64,000 nucleotides of DNA from Eledone cirrhosa (Eukaryota): NCBI GenBank assembly GCA_964016885.1, contig OZ024745.1, positions 86,366,001-86,430,000 of the forward strand, written 5' to 3'. Below are positions 1 through 16,858 of the stretch, one piece after another. The notes beneath the pieces are model-generated. The model had not been told where the DNA came from and did not search any database. It saw only the letters and a program-made list of their open reading frames with translations. The stretch's first letter is position 1. Each line of letters begins with the position of its first letter. A program made the translations under genes and the position numbers.

Positions 1-1411
<1,411 letters not shown>

Positions 1412-1554
1412 TTCATTATACACAACACACGCTCACATGGCCTCCATCCTTGGAACTTAACTTAACAACCGGCTCAACCCCGATCTAATCCGCCGTGACC
1501 TTTTCCGAACTTTACATGTCTCTCCACCACTCCCCTACACACCTTTTGAACTCT

Positions 1555-1587
1555 CACCTGAAGAAGGGCTTATGCCCGAAACGTCGT
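1555..1587 (+). ncRNA. Minimal hammerhead ribozyme motif (Penelope pLTR type) in a ~260-bp non-autonomous remnant (1412-1676)
   Basis: CTGAAGA-A-GGGC-TTAT-GCCC-GAAAC-GTC: core, 4-bp stem II, palindromic ACGT stem III; stem I only 2 bp; AATAAA at 1624; flanked by (TA)n. Confidence 0.65.
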
Positions 1588-1675
1588 CCCCCAACTACCC
1601 CCCACTCTCCTGAGCGTGAATTTAATAAACATTTGTCGTACTGCCTCTCTGTTCTGTCCCTGTTCAATTTTTCAT

Positions 1676-1676
<1 letters not shown>

Positions 1677-1708
<32 letters not shown>

Positions 1709-1986
1709 GTATATATATATGTATATATATATGTATATGTATATATATATGTATATATATATATATGTATATATATGTATATATATATATATATATATGT
1801 GTATATATGTATATATATATATGTGTATATATGTATATATATATATGTGTATATATGTATATATATATATATGTATATATATCTGTATATGTATATGTAT
1901 ATGTATGTATATATGTATATATATATATGTATATGTATATATATATATGTATATGTATATGTATATATATATATATGTATATGTAT

Positions 1987-2018
<32 letters not shown>

Positions 2019-2527
2019 GTATATATATATGTATATATATATATGTATATATATATATGTATATATATGTGTATATATATATATATGTATATATGTGTAT
2101 ATATATATATATGTATATATGTGTATATATATATATATGTATATATATATGTATATATATATATATGTATATATATATGTATATATATATATATGTATAT
2201 ATATATGTATATATATATATATGTATATATATATGTATATATATATATATGTATATATATATGTATATATATATATATGTATATATATATGTATATATAT
2301 ATATGTATATATATATATGTATATATATATGTATATATATATGTATATATATATGTATATATATATGTATATATATATATATGTATATATATATGTATAT
2401 ATATATGTATATATATATGTATATATATATGTATATATATATATGTGTATATATATATATATGTATATATATATATGTATATATATATATATGTATACAT
2501 GTATATATATATGTATATATATATATG

Positions 2528-2558
<31 letters not shown>

Positions 2559-2680
2559 GTATATGTATATATGTATATGTATATGTATATATATATATGT
2601 ATATATATTATGTATATATATATATGTATATATATATGTATATATATATATGTATATATATATGTATATATATATAGATG

Positions 2681-2712
<32 letters not shown>

Positions 2713-2958
2713 GATGTATATATATATATAGATGTATATATATATATAGATGTATATATATATATATATGTATATATATATAGATGTATATATATATATA
2801 GATGTATATATATATATATATGTATATATATATAGATGTATATATATATATATATGTATATATATGTATATATATATGTATATATATGTATATATATATA
2901 TGTATATATATGTATATATATATGTATATATATATATATGTATATATATGTATATATA
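1677..2958. repeat. (TA)n/(TATG)n microsatellite
   Basis: Direct reading. Confidence 0.98.
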
Positions 2959-5938
2959 ACTTTGAAATGTTTTGGCCAGTATTGGCCCAGGCCATGTCTA
3001 ACTTAATAGCACCACCTGGCGAAGTCTTTCAATTCAGAATTTGGGCACCATGGCCCATTCGAGAACAGAATTACTGTTTGCGGAGACATATCCGGGTGTG
3101 GGTGGTTTGTCCGGGATTACTTGGAGGAATTTGTCCAAAGACTTCTTGAATTTTGTGTGGTCAGTTTCTGTTTTGACGTGTCCTGGTGTGATGTTGAAGA
3201 GAGCAGGCCGATTGAGGTGAAATAATTGTGCCGTATTGTTGTTATGAGTTGCGATTTAGATTTTGAATGGACGGATAGCACGGGGCCCAAGCCTTGGGTG
3301 TATCTTGAAGGCGATGCCAACATCATTTGGGCAGTGATGATGGAACATTTTCCACATCATGCAGATAATATAACGCTCACGGCGACGTTGGAGTGAGTAA
3401 AGTTTCAGGTTTTCCAATCGACCCCAGTAGTCAAGGTCTGACATGCCATCTATCTTTTTCGTGATTGCCCTTTGAGGAGCTTCAAGTTTCATGATACTTT
3501 GTTTCGTGTGGGGAGACCACAGTGGACAACAGTATTCAAGGTGTGGTCGGGCGAAAGTAGAGAAGAGAAGGATAATGGTGCGGGAATCTCTCGACTGGAA
3601 GGTTCTGAGGATCCAGGAACACATTCTGCGGGCCATGTCAACTTTGCTGCTTATATGCGTGGTCCAGCTTATGTTGCTGTCCACGGTTACTCCCAAGTCT
3701 CTGATGTTGTTAGATGCCACGAGAGTTTCCCCGGAGGGAAGGGAGTACGGGAGTTTCAGAGCATCCTCTTTTCCAAAGTGGATCAGTTCGAATTTGTCTT
3801 CGTTCAGTAACATGTTGTTCTTTTCTGCCCATTGGGTAACAGCCAGTAGGTCTGACTGAAGGCTTATCCGGTCATCCACGCCATTGATGACCTTTTGGAG
3901 CTTGGAATCATCAGCGAAAATTTTAATGTTGCTGTGTTTGATGATGTCAGTGATGTCATTAATATAGATGATGAAGAGAAGTGGGCCCAACACAGTGCCT
4001 TGTGGGACTCCACTACTGACTTTGGCTGGGCTTGATTTGACTCCCTCAACTACAACATGTTGGGTTCTGTTTGACAGGAAGCTCTTGATCCACTGCAGCA
4101 GCTTTCCAGTGACACCAATATTGGACAGCTTTCTCAGTAGAATGTTATGATCAACCCTGTCAAAGGGCCTTGCTGAAATCAAGGTAGATAACATCAGTGT
4201 TGGAACCCTCTCCCAAGGCTCTCAAAATGTCATCAAAGTGATGCAGTAGTTGCGTCAGGCAATCCCTTCCATTACGGAATCCATGCTGGTTGGAGTTCAG
4301 CATATTGTTACTCTCAAGGAAGTGGGTCATTCGCGATCTCACCACTCGCTCAAATACCTTAATGATATGAGAGGTGAGTGAGATTGGACGGTAATTCACG
4401 GCAAGGGATTTGTTTCCCTTTTTGAAAACTGGGACAACAGACTGGGATAGAAGGTTTTCTGGCACATATCCAGCATCCAGTGAGTTCCGCCACAGATTGG
4501 CAAGAGGAGAAGCAAGTTGGTGTTGACACGCCTTCAAGACACAAGCAGGGAACCTATCGGGACCTACTGCTGAATTATGCTTGATTTCCTTTATTGCCGC
4601 CAAGACATCAGGGGCGCCAAACGTTATGTCCGATAAGGTGTAATGGGGAGTAACATCGCCGATACAGCCCAGATCGGCCATATCAGGATTGCTGGAAAAC
4701 AGAGCAGTATTGTTTCTGCAGTATCTCACCCATAGTTTTAGCATTGTCTTGAAGAGTGCCATTTTCATCAATTAGAGGGCCAACAGTAGAGCCAGTGATT
4801 TTGTGTTTTTTTGCAAATGAAAAGAACACTTTGGGATTGAGTTTGATCTTCTCAATGGCCCAGGCCTCTTCAGCTCTTCTCTGATTGTTGATGAGGGACA
4901 TTATGTTGTTTTGGAGGTTATGTTTTTTAATCTCTAGTGATGAAATGGCAGTCAAGTTGATGTGTTGCTGCTGACAGTATTTCAGATTGTTGATTTTTTT
5001 GTTCGTTCTCTTAATTTTTCTGATGAGCGTTTTTCTATTTCTAGGGATTCTGCTCTTAGATTTGTTTATAGTTCTTAATGGGGTGTGTTTAGCACATATG
5101 TTTGTAACAGTGTCCACAAATGTCTGCCAGGACTTTTTGATGTTAGTGGGTGTATGAGTGTGCGTGAAGGACCAGTCGACATGTGCAAGATCATGACTGA
5201 TCGCTTCCCAGTTTGCATTGTGGAAATCCATAGCGTCAAACGGATGGACAGGAGAAATGACATTGGTTTGTATATTGGACGGTGGAATCTCAGATCACAG
5301 AGAACCATGTCATGATCAGAGAGTAGAGTTTTCTCCACTGCAATATTGTGGATATTGTCAGTGTGATTGCTGAAAATTAAGTCTAGGACGTTTTTGTGGC
5401 ACCTCGTTGGTTCGAGCACTAGTTGGGATAGGAAGAAATCATCCATGAAGTCAAGAAGCGATTCCACAGCTTCCTGTCAGAGTTGAGGCAGAAGAACCTG
5501 GTGGCAGGGTGTTTGTGGACCAGTCAACTCCGGGGAGGTTGAAGTCCCCCATCATTAAGATGTTGTCAGGGTGACACTCTTGGATGAAACACTTTATGCT
5601 GTTGAGGCATTCCTTGAAGCATGGTACAGGCGTTTGGGGTGGCCTATAGAGCCCAACTACTAATAGGTTGTGGTTTGACTGAATACAGTGACTGCCTCAC
5701 AGTATCCATTAGTGAATATGTTCATAGCCTCTGTTGAGAAAGAATTATGGACATAAATGGCAGTTCCGCCCTTTCTTCTGCCAGCGCGATCAGCACGGAT
5801 GGCTTTGAAATTTTTCACTTTCACCTCGGCTTCCAAGTGGAGGTTACTGAGATGGGTTTCAGTGAGGACGAAGAAAGGGATGTGGTTTGGATGGACATCA
5901 ATCCAGTCCTCCAGGAATTTGATCTTCCATTTTTGAGT
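2959..5938 (-). mobile_element. CR1-like LINE, frameshifted ORF2 (APE endonuclease + reverse transcriptase), 5'-truncated
   Basis: Overlapping minus ORFs 5075-5467, 4683-5231, 4160-4771, 3256-4194 with NYRPISLTS, QHGFRNGR, YLDFSKA, GVPQGTVLGPLLF, FADDSKL, YSLQRRRERY; endonuclease motifs (LDLIF, SDH) upstream. Confidence 0.92.
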
Positions 5939-7401
<1,463 letters not shown>

Positions 7402-7601
7402 NNNNNNNNNNNNNNNNNNNNNNNNNNNNNNNNNNNNNNNNNNNNNNNNNNNNNNNNNNNNNNNNNNNNNNNNNNNNNNNNNNNNNNNNNNNNNNNNNNN
7501 NNNNNNNNNNNNNNNNNNNNNNNNNNNNNNNNNNNNNNNNNNNNNNNNNNNNNNNNNNNNNNNNNNNNNNNNNNNNNNNNNNNNNNNNNNNNNNNNNNNN
7601 N
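7402..7601. other. Assembly gap (200 N)
   Basis: Run of N. Confidence 1.
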
Positions 7602-7729
<128 letters not shown>

Positions 7730-7849
7730 TATATATATATTATATATATATATATATTATATATATTATATATATATATATTATATATATATATTATAAT
7801 ATTAAATAAATGGAAAACTATATTTATAAAACCATATTTATTTCATTAT

Positions 7850-7899
7850 ATATATTTCGGGGATATCATATTAACAATATGCTATGCCTTCATCAGACA
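7850..7899 (-). ncRNA. Degenerate hammerhead ribozyme motif (Penelope type)
   Basis: Reverse complement reads CTGATGA-AGGCATAGCATATT-GTT-AATATGATATCCCC-GAAA-TATA: both core boxes around an imperfect stem II; stem I not recognisable. Confidence 0.5.
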
Positions 7900-7959
7900 A
7901 AATACAATATAAACAGTTTTATAGATAAATATATTCAACATACCGTAATAAACATCAAC

Positions 7960-8003
7960 TTCATTTGAAGAGGTTTACGCTAGCGTAAACCTCTTCAAAT
8001 GAA
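7960..8003. repeat. 44-bp perfect palindrome
   Basis: TTCATTTGAAGAGGTTTACGCT|AGCGTAAACCTCTTCAAATGAA. Confidence 0.95.
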
Positions 8004-9530
<1,527 letters not shown>

Positions 9531-12500
9531 AAAAACAAATAACGAAACGAAATTAAATTTCGTTTCGTTTGTAACTCACTTTTGTATGACTGACGCTTAA
9601 ACAATTAAGTTAAAAATGTACATCCACATATGTATACTGAAATACTAGTATGCATATGAATACACACACGTGTACATATGTAGATGTACCGAGTTTTCAC
9701 TGGTCACTTTACTGTGAGTGTCCAGCTATTCCGTATGTAGACACACAGACAAACCGGTTCTTAGAGTCATACTGGTTTTTGAGGAAACACCTTTCCTCTA
9801 TTCTCCAGAAAGCCAGACAAGGAATATTGGACTAGTTTTCGATGTTGTTACATCTCATCAGCAATATTTACCTATCTTCCGGCTTCTCTAGAGAATCGTG
9901 AAAGCACATATCGTTATATGCTTTTTCTATGAAAATTAGTAGTGGGCAGACCAATTTGCATAGAGCGTGAGTACGTACCGGTTCAACGGAGACGATAAAA
10001 ACAAATAACGAAACGAAATTAAATTTCGTTTCGTTTGTAACTCACTTTTGTATGACTGACGCTTAAACAATTAAGTTAAAAATGTACATCCACATATGTA
10101 TACTGAAATACTAGTATGCATATGAATACACACACGTGTACATATGTAGATGTACCGAGTTTTCACTGGTCACTTTACTGTGAGTGTCCAGCTATTCCGT
10201 ATGTAGACACACAGACAAACCGGTTCTTAGAGTCATACTGGTTTTTGAGGAAACACCTTTCCTCTATTCTCCAGAAAGCCAGACAAGGAATATTGGACTA
10301 GTTTCGATGTTGTTACATCTCATCAGCAATATTTACCTATCTTCGGCTTCTCTAGAGAATCGTGAAAGCACATATCGTTATATGCTTTTTCTATGAAAAT
10401 TAGTAGTGGGCAGACCAATTTGCATAGAGCGTGAGTACGTACCGGTTCAACGGAGACGATAAAAACAAATAACGAAACGAAATTAAATTTCGTTTCGTTT
10501 GTAACTCACTTTTGTATGACTGACGCTTAAACAATTAAGTTAAAAATGTACATCCACATATGTATACTGAAATACTAGTATGCATATGAATACACACACG
10601 TGTACATATGTAGATGTACCGAGTTTTCACTGGTCACTTTACTGTGAGTGTCCAGCTATTCCGTATGTAGACACACAGACAAACCGGTTCTTAGAGTCAT
10701 ACTGGTTTTTGAGGAAACACCTTTCCCTCTATTCTCCAGAAAGCCAGACAAGGAATATTGGACTAGTTTCGATGTTGTTACATCTCATCAGCAATATTTA
10801 CCTATCTTCCGGCTTCTCTAGAGAATCGTGAAAGCACATATCGTTATATGCTTTTTCTATGAAAATTAGTAGTGGGCAGACCAATTTGCATAGAGCGTGA
10901 GTACGTACCGGTTCAACGGAGACGATAAAAACAAATAACGAAACGAAATTAAATTTCGTTTCGTTTGTAACTCACTTTTGTATGACTGACGCTTAAACAA
11001 TTAAGTTAAAAATGTACATCCACATATGTATACTGAAATACTAGTATGCATATGAATACACACACGTGTACATATGTAGATGTACCGAGTTTTCACTGGT
11101 CACTTTACTGTGAGTGTCCAGCTATTCCGTATGTAGACACACAGACAAACGGTTCTTAGAGTCATACTGGTTTTTGAGGAAACACCTTTCCTCTATTCTC
11201 CAGAAAGCCAGACAAGGAATATTGGACTAGTTTCGATGTTGTTACATCTCATCAGCAATATTTACCTATCTTCCGGCTTCTCTAGAGAATCGTGAAAGCA
11301 CATATCGTTATATGCTTTTTCTATGAAAATTAGTAGTGGGCAGACCAATTTGCATAGAGCGTGAGTACGTACCGGTTCAACGGAGACGATAAAAACAAAT
11401 AACGAAACGAAATTAATTTCGTTTCGTTTGTAACTCACTTTTGTATGACTGACGCTTAAACAATTAAGTTAAAAATGTACATCCACATATGTATACTGAA
11501 ATACTAGTATGCATATGAATACACACACGTGTACATATGTAGATGTACCGAGTTTTCACTGGTCACTTTACTGTGAGTGTCCAGCTATTCCGTATGTAGA
11601 CACACAGACAAACCGGTTCTTAGAGTCATACTGGTTTTTGAGGAAACACCTTTCCTCTATTCTCCAGAAAGCCAGACAAGGAATATTGGACTAGTTTCGA
11701 TGTTGTTACATCTCATCAGCAATATTTACCTATCTTCCGGCTTCTCTAGAGAATCGTGAAAGCACATATCGTTATATGCTTTTTCTATGAAAATTAGTAG
11801 TGGGCAGACTAATTTGCATAGAGCGTGAGTACGTACCGGTTCAACGGAGACGATAAAAACATCCACATATGTATACTGAAATACTAGTATGCATATGAAT
11901 ACACACACGTGTACATATGTAGATGTACCGAGTTTTCACTGGTCACTTTACTGTGAGTGTCCAGCTATTCCGTATGTAGACACACAGACAAACCGGTTCT
12001 TAGAGTCATACTGGTTTTTGAGGAAACACCTTTCCTCTATTCTCCAGAAAGCCAGACAAGGAATATTGGACTAGTTTCGATGTTGTTACATCTCATCAGC
12101 AATATTTACCTATCTTCCGGCTTCTCTAGAGAATCGTGAAAGCACATATCGTTATATGCTTTTTCTATGAAAATTAGTAGTGGGCAGACCAATTTGCATA
12201 GAGCGTGAGTACGTACCGGTTCAACGGAGACGATAAAAACAAATAACGAAACGAAATTAAATTTCGTTTCGTTTGTAACTCACTTTTGTATGACTGACGC
12301 TTAAACAATTAAGTTAAAAATGTACATCCACATATGTATACTGAAATACTAGTATGCATATGAATACACACACGTGTACATATGTAGATGTACCGAGTTT
12401 TCACTGGTCACTTTACTGTGAGTGTCCAGCTATTCCGTATGTAGACACACAGACAAACCGGTTCTTAGAGTCATACTGGTTTTTGAGGAAACACCTTTCC

Positions 12501-13252
12501 TCTATTCTCCAGAAAGCCAGACAAGGAATATTGGACTAGTTTCGATGTTGTTACATCTCATCAGCAATATTTACCTATCTTCCGGCTTCTCTAGAGAATC
12601 GTGAAAGCACATATCGTTATATGCTTTTTCTATGAAAATTAGTAGTGGGCAGACCAATTTGCATAGAGCGTGAGTACGTACCGGTTCAACGGAGACGATA
12701 AAAACAAATAACGAAACGAAATTAAATTTCGTTTCGTTTGTAACTCACTTTTGTATGACTGACGCTTAAACAATTAAGTTAAAAATGTACATCCACATAT
12801 GTATACTGAAATACTAGTATGCATATGAATACACACACGTGTACATATGTAGATGTACCGAGTTTTCACTGGTCACTTTACTGTGAGTGTCCAGCTATTC
12901 CGTATGTAGACACACAGACAAACCGGTTCTTAGAGTCATACTGGTTTTTGAGGAAACACCTTTCCTCTATTCTCCAGAAAGCCAGACAAGGAATATTGGA
13001 CTAGTTTCGATGTTGTTACATCTCATCAGCAATATTTACCTATCTTCCGGCTTCTCTAGAGAATCGTGAAAGCACATATCGTTATATGCTTTTTCTATGA
13101 AAATTAGTAGTGGGCAGACCAATTTGCATAGAGCGTGAGTACGTACCGGTTCAACGGAGACGATAAAAACAAATAACGAAACGAAATTAAATTTCGTTTC
13201 GTTTGTAACTCACTTTTGTATGACTGACGCTTAAACAATTAAGTTAAAAATG
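9531..13252 (-). repeat. Left arm of 465-bp hammerhead-containing tandem array (8 ribozyme copies, one unit with an 85-bp deletion)
   Basis: Ribozyme copies start at 9823, 10289, 10754, 11218, 11682, 12062, 12527, 12992 (period 464-466, once 380); ribozyme sense is the minus strand. Confidence 0.97.
12992..13036 (-). ncRNA. Type I hammerhead ribozyme (representative left-arm copy)
   Basis: Exact reverse complement of 13708-13752. Confidence 0.95.
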
Positions 13253-15848
13253 ATGAGATGTAACAACATCGAAACTAGTCCAATATTCCTTGTCTGGCTT
13301 TCTGGAGAATAGAGGAAAGGTGTTTCCTCAAAAACCAGTATGACTCTAAGAACCGGTTTGTCTGTGTGTCTACATACGGAATAGCTGGACACTCACAGTA
13401 AAGTGACCAGTGAAAACTCGGTACATCTACATATGTACACGTGTGTGTATTCATATGCATACTAGTATTTCAGTATACATATGTGGATGTACATTTTTAA
13501 CTTAATTGTTTAAGCGTCAGTCATACAAAAGTGAGTTACAAACGAAACGAAATTTAATTTCGTTTCGTTATTTGTTTTTATCGTCTCCGTTGAACCGGTA
13601 CGTACTCACGCTCTATGCAAATTAGTCTGCCCACTACTAATTTTCATAGAAAAAGCATATAACGATATGTGCTTTCACGATTCTCTAGAGAAGCCGGAAG
13701 ATAGGTAAATATTGCTGATGAGATGTAACAACATCGAAACTAGTCCAATATTCCCTTGTCTGGCTTTCTGGAGAATAGAGGAAAGGTGTTTCCTCAAAAA
13801 CCAGTATGACTCTAAGAACCGGTTTGTCTGTGTGTCTACATACGGAATAGCTTGGACACTCACAGTAAAGTGACCAGTGAAAAACTCGGTACATCTACAT
13901 ATGTACACGGTGTGTGTATTCATATGCATACTAGTATTTCAGTATACATATGTGGATGTACATTTTTAACTTAATTGTTTTAAGCGTCAGTCATACAAAA
14001 GTGAGTTACAAACGAAACGAAATTTAATTTCGTTTCGTTATTTGTTTTTATCGTCTCCGTTGAACCGGTACGTACTCACGCTCTATGCAAATTGGTCTGG
14101 CCCACTACTAATTTTTCATAGAAAAAGCATATAACGATATGTGCTTTCACGATTCTCTAGAGAAGCCGGAAGATAGGTAAATATTGCTGATGAGATGTAA
14201 CAACATCGAAACTAGTCCAATATTCCTTGTCTGGCTTTCTGGAGAATAGAGGAAAGGTGTTTCCTCAAAAACCAGTATGACTCTAAGAACCGGTTTGTCT
14301 GTGTGTCTACATACGGAATAGCTGGACACTCACAGTAAAGTGACCAGTGAAAACTCGGTACATCTACATATATGTACACGTGTGTGTATTCATATGCATA
14401 CTAGTATTTCAGTATACATATGTGGATGTACATTTTTAACTTAATTGGTTTAAGCGTCAGTCATACAAAAGTGAGTTACAAACGAAACGAAATTTAATTT
14501 CGTTTCGTTATTTGTTTTTATCGTCTCCGTTGAACCGGTACGTACTCACGCTCTATGCAAATTGGTCTGCCCACTACTAATTTTCATAGAAAAAGCATAT
14601 AACGATATGTGCTTTCACGATTCTCTAGAGAAGCCGGAAGATAGGTAAATATTGCTGATTGAGATGTAACAACATCGAAACTAGTCCCAATATTCCTTGT
14701 CTGGCTTTCTGGAGAATAGAGGAAAGGTGTTTTCCTCAAAAAACCAGTATGACTCTAAGAACCGCGTTTGTCTGTGTGTCTACATACGGAATAGCTGGAC
14801 ACTCACAGTAAAGTGACCAGTGAAAACTCGGTACATCTACATATGTACACGTGTGTGTATTCATATGCATACTAGTATTTCAGTATACATATGTGGATGT
14901 ACATTTTTAACTTAATTGTTTAAGCGTCAGTCATACAAAAGTGAGTTACAAACGAAATTTAATTTCGTTTCGTTATTTGTTTTTTATCGTCTCCGTTGAA
15001 CCGGTACGTACTCACGCTCTATGCAAATTGGTCTGCCCACTACTAATTTTCATAGAAAAAGGCATATAACGATATGTGCTTTCACGATTCTCTAGAGAAG
15101 CCGGAAGATAGGTAAATATTGCTGATGAGATGTAACAACATCGAAACTAGTCCAATATTCCTTGTCTGGCTTTCTGGAGAATAGAGGAAAGGTGTTTCCT
15201 CAAAAACCTGTATGACTCTAAGAACCGGTTTGTCTGTGTGTCTACATACGGAATAGCTGGACACTCACAGTAAAGTGACCAGTGAAAACTCGGTACATCT
15301 ACATATGTACACGTGTGTGTATTCATATGCATACTAGTATTTCAGTATACATATGTGGATGTACATTTTTAACTTAATTGTTTAAGGCGTCAGTCATACA
15401 AAAGTGAGTTACAAACGAAACGAAATTTAATTTCGTTTCGTTATTTGTTTTTATCGTCTCCGTTGAACCGGTACGTTACTCACGCTCTATGCAAATTGGT
15501 CTGCCCACTACTAATTTTTCATAGAAAAAGCATATAACGATATGTGCTTTCACGATTCTCTAGAGAAGCCCGGAAGATAGGTAAATATTGCTGATGAGAT
15601 GTAACAACATCGAAACTAGTCCAATATTCCTTGTCTGGCTTTCTGGAGAATAGAGGAAAGGTGTTTCCTCAAAAACCAGTATGACTCTAAGAACCGGTTT
15701 GTCTGTGTGTCTACATACGGAATAGCTGGACACTCACAGTAAAGTGACCAGTGAAAACTCGGTACATCTACATATGTACACGTGTGTGTATTCATATGCA
15801 TACTAGTATTTCAGTATACATATGTGGATGTACATTTTTAACTTAATT
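13251..15848 (+). repeat. Right (inverted) arm of the 465-bp hammerhead array (1 truncated + 5 full-length ribozyme copies)
   Basis: Reverse complement of the left-arm unit; copies at 13251 (lacks C3 and 5' stem I), 13708, 14180, 14648 (extra T in core), 15115, 15584. Confidence 0.97.
13708..13752 (+). ncRNA. Type I hammerhead ribozyme (representative copy; predicted cleavage after 13745)
   Basis: AATATTG-CTGATGA-GATGT-AACA-ACATC-GAAAC-TA-GTC^CAATATT: 7-bp stem I, intact core, 5-bp stem II, palindromic ACTAGT stem III, GUC site. Confidence 0.95.
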
Positions 15849-15930
15849 ATATATATATATATATTATATATATATTATTATATATATATATTATTATATA
15901 TATATTATATATATATATATTAATATATAT

Positions 15931-15964
<34 letters not shown>

Positions 15965-16215
15965 ATATATTATATATATATTATATATATATTATATATA
16001 TATATATATTATATATATTATATATATATATTATGTATATTATATATATATATATATATATAATATATATAATATATATGTATATTTATATAATATATAT
16101 TATATATATATATATATATTATATATATATATATTATATATATATATATTATATATAATTATATATTATATATATATATATATTATTATATATATATATA
16201 TATAATATATATATT

Positions 16216-16306
<91 letters not shown>

Positions 16307-16444
16307 ATAATATATATATATATTTATATATATATATAATATATATATATTATGTATATTATATATATATTATATATATATTTATATATATATATAATAT
16401 TATATATATTTTATGTATAATTATATATATATATATATATATAC

Positions 16445-16500
<56 letters not shown>

Positions 16501-16724
16501 TATATATATATAATATATATATATAATATTATATATATTAATTATATATATATTATATATATTATTATATATATATATATATGTATATTATATATATATA
16601 TTATATTATATATATTATATATATATTTATATATATATATATATATTATATATTATATATATATATTATATTATATATATATATATATAATGTATATTAT
16701 ATATATTATATATATATATATATG

Positions 16725-16760
<36 letters not shown>

Positions 16761-16825
16761 TATATATATATATATATATATGTATATATAGTATATATAA
16801 TATTATATATATATATTTTATATAT

Positions 16826-16858
<33 letters not shown>

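Noticed and set aside
9650-15801. Repeated 60-61 aa ORFs in the 465-bp unit; possible endless ORF on a circle (465 is divisible by 3)
   Set aside because: They are antisense to the ribozyme, have no recognisable motif and end in stops; the ORF track shows no unit-length open frame.
9531-15848. CRISPR array or rDNA/snRNA tandem array
   Set aside because: No variable spacers and no recognisable 5S, tRNA or snRNA sequence in the unit.
13251-15848. Inversion as a missed-adapter long-read artefact; single-base insertions as real mutations
   Set aside because: A missed adapter gives a symmetric fold-back, but this junction joins different unit positions (a chimera is still not fully excluded). 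The many 1-bp insertions, including those in the cores of the copies at 9823 and 14648, look like sequencing error and were not interpreted.
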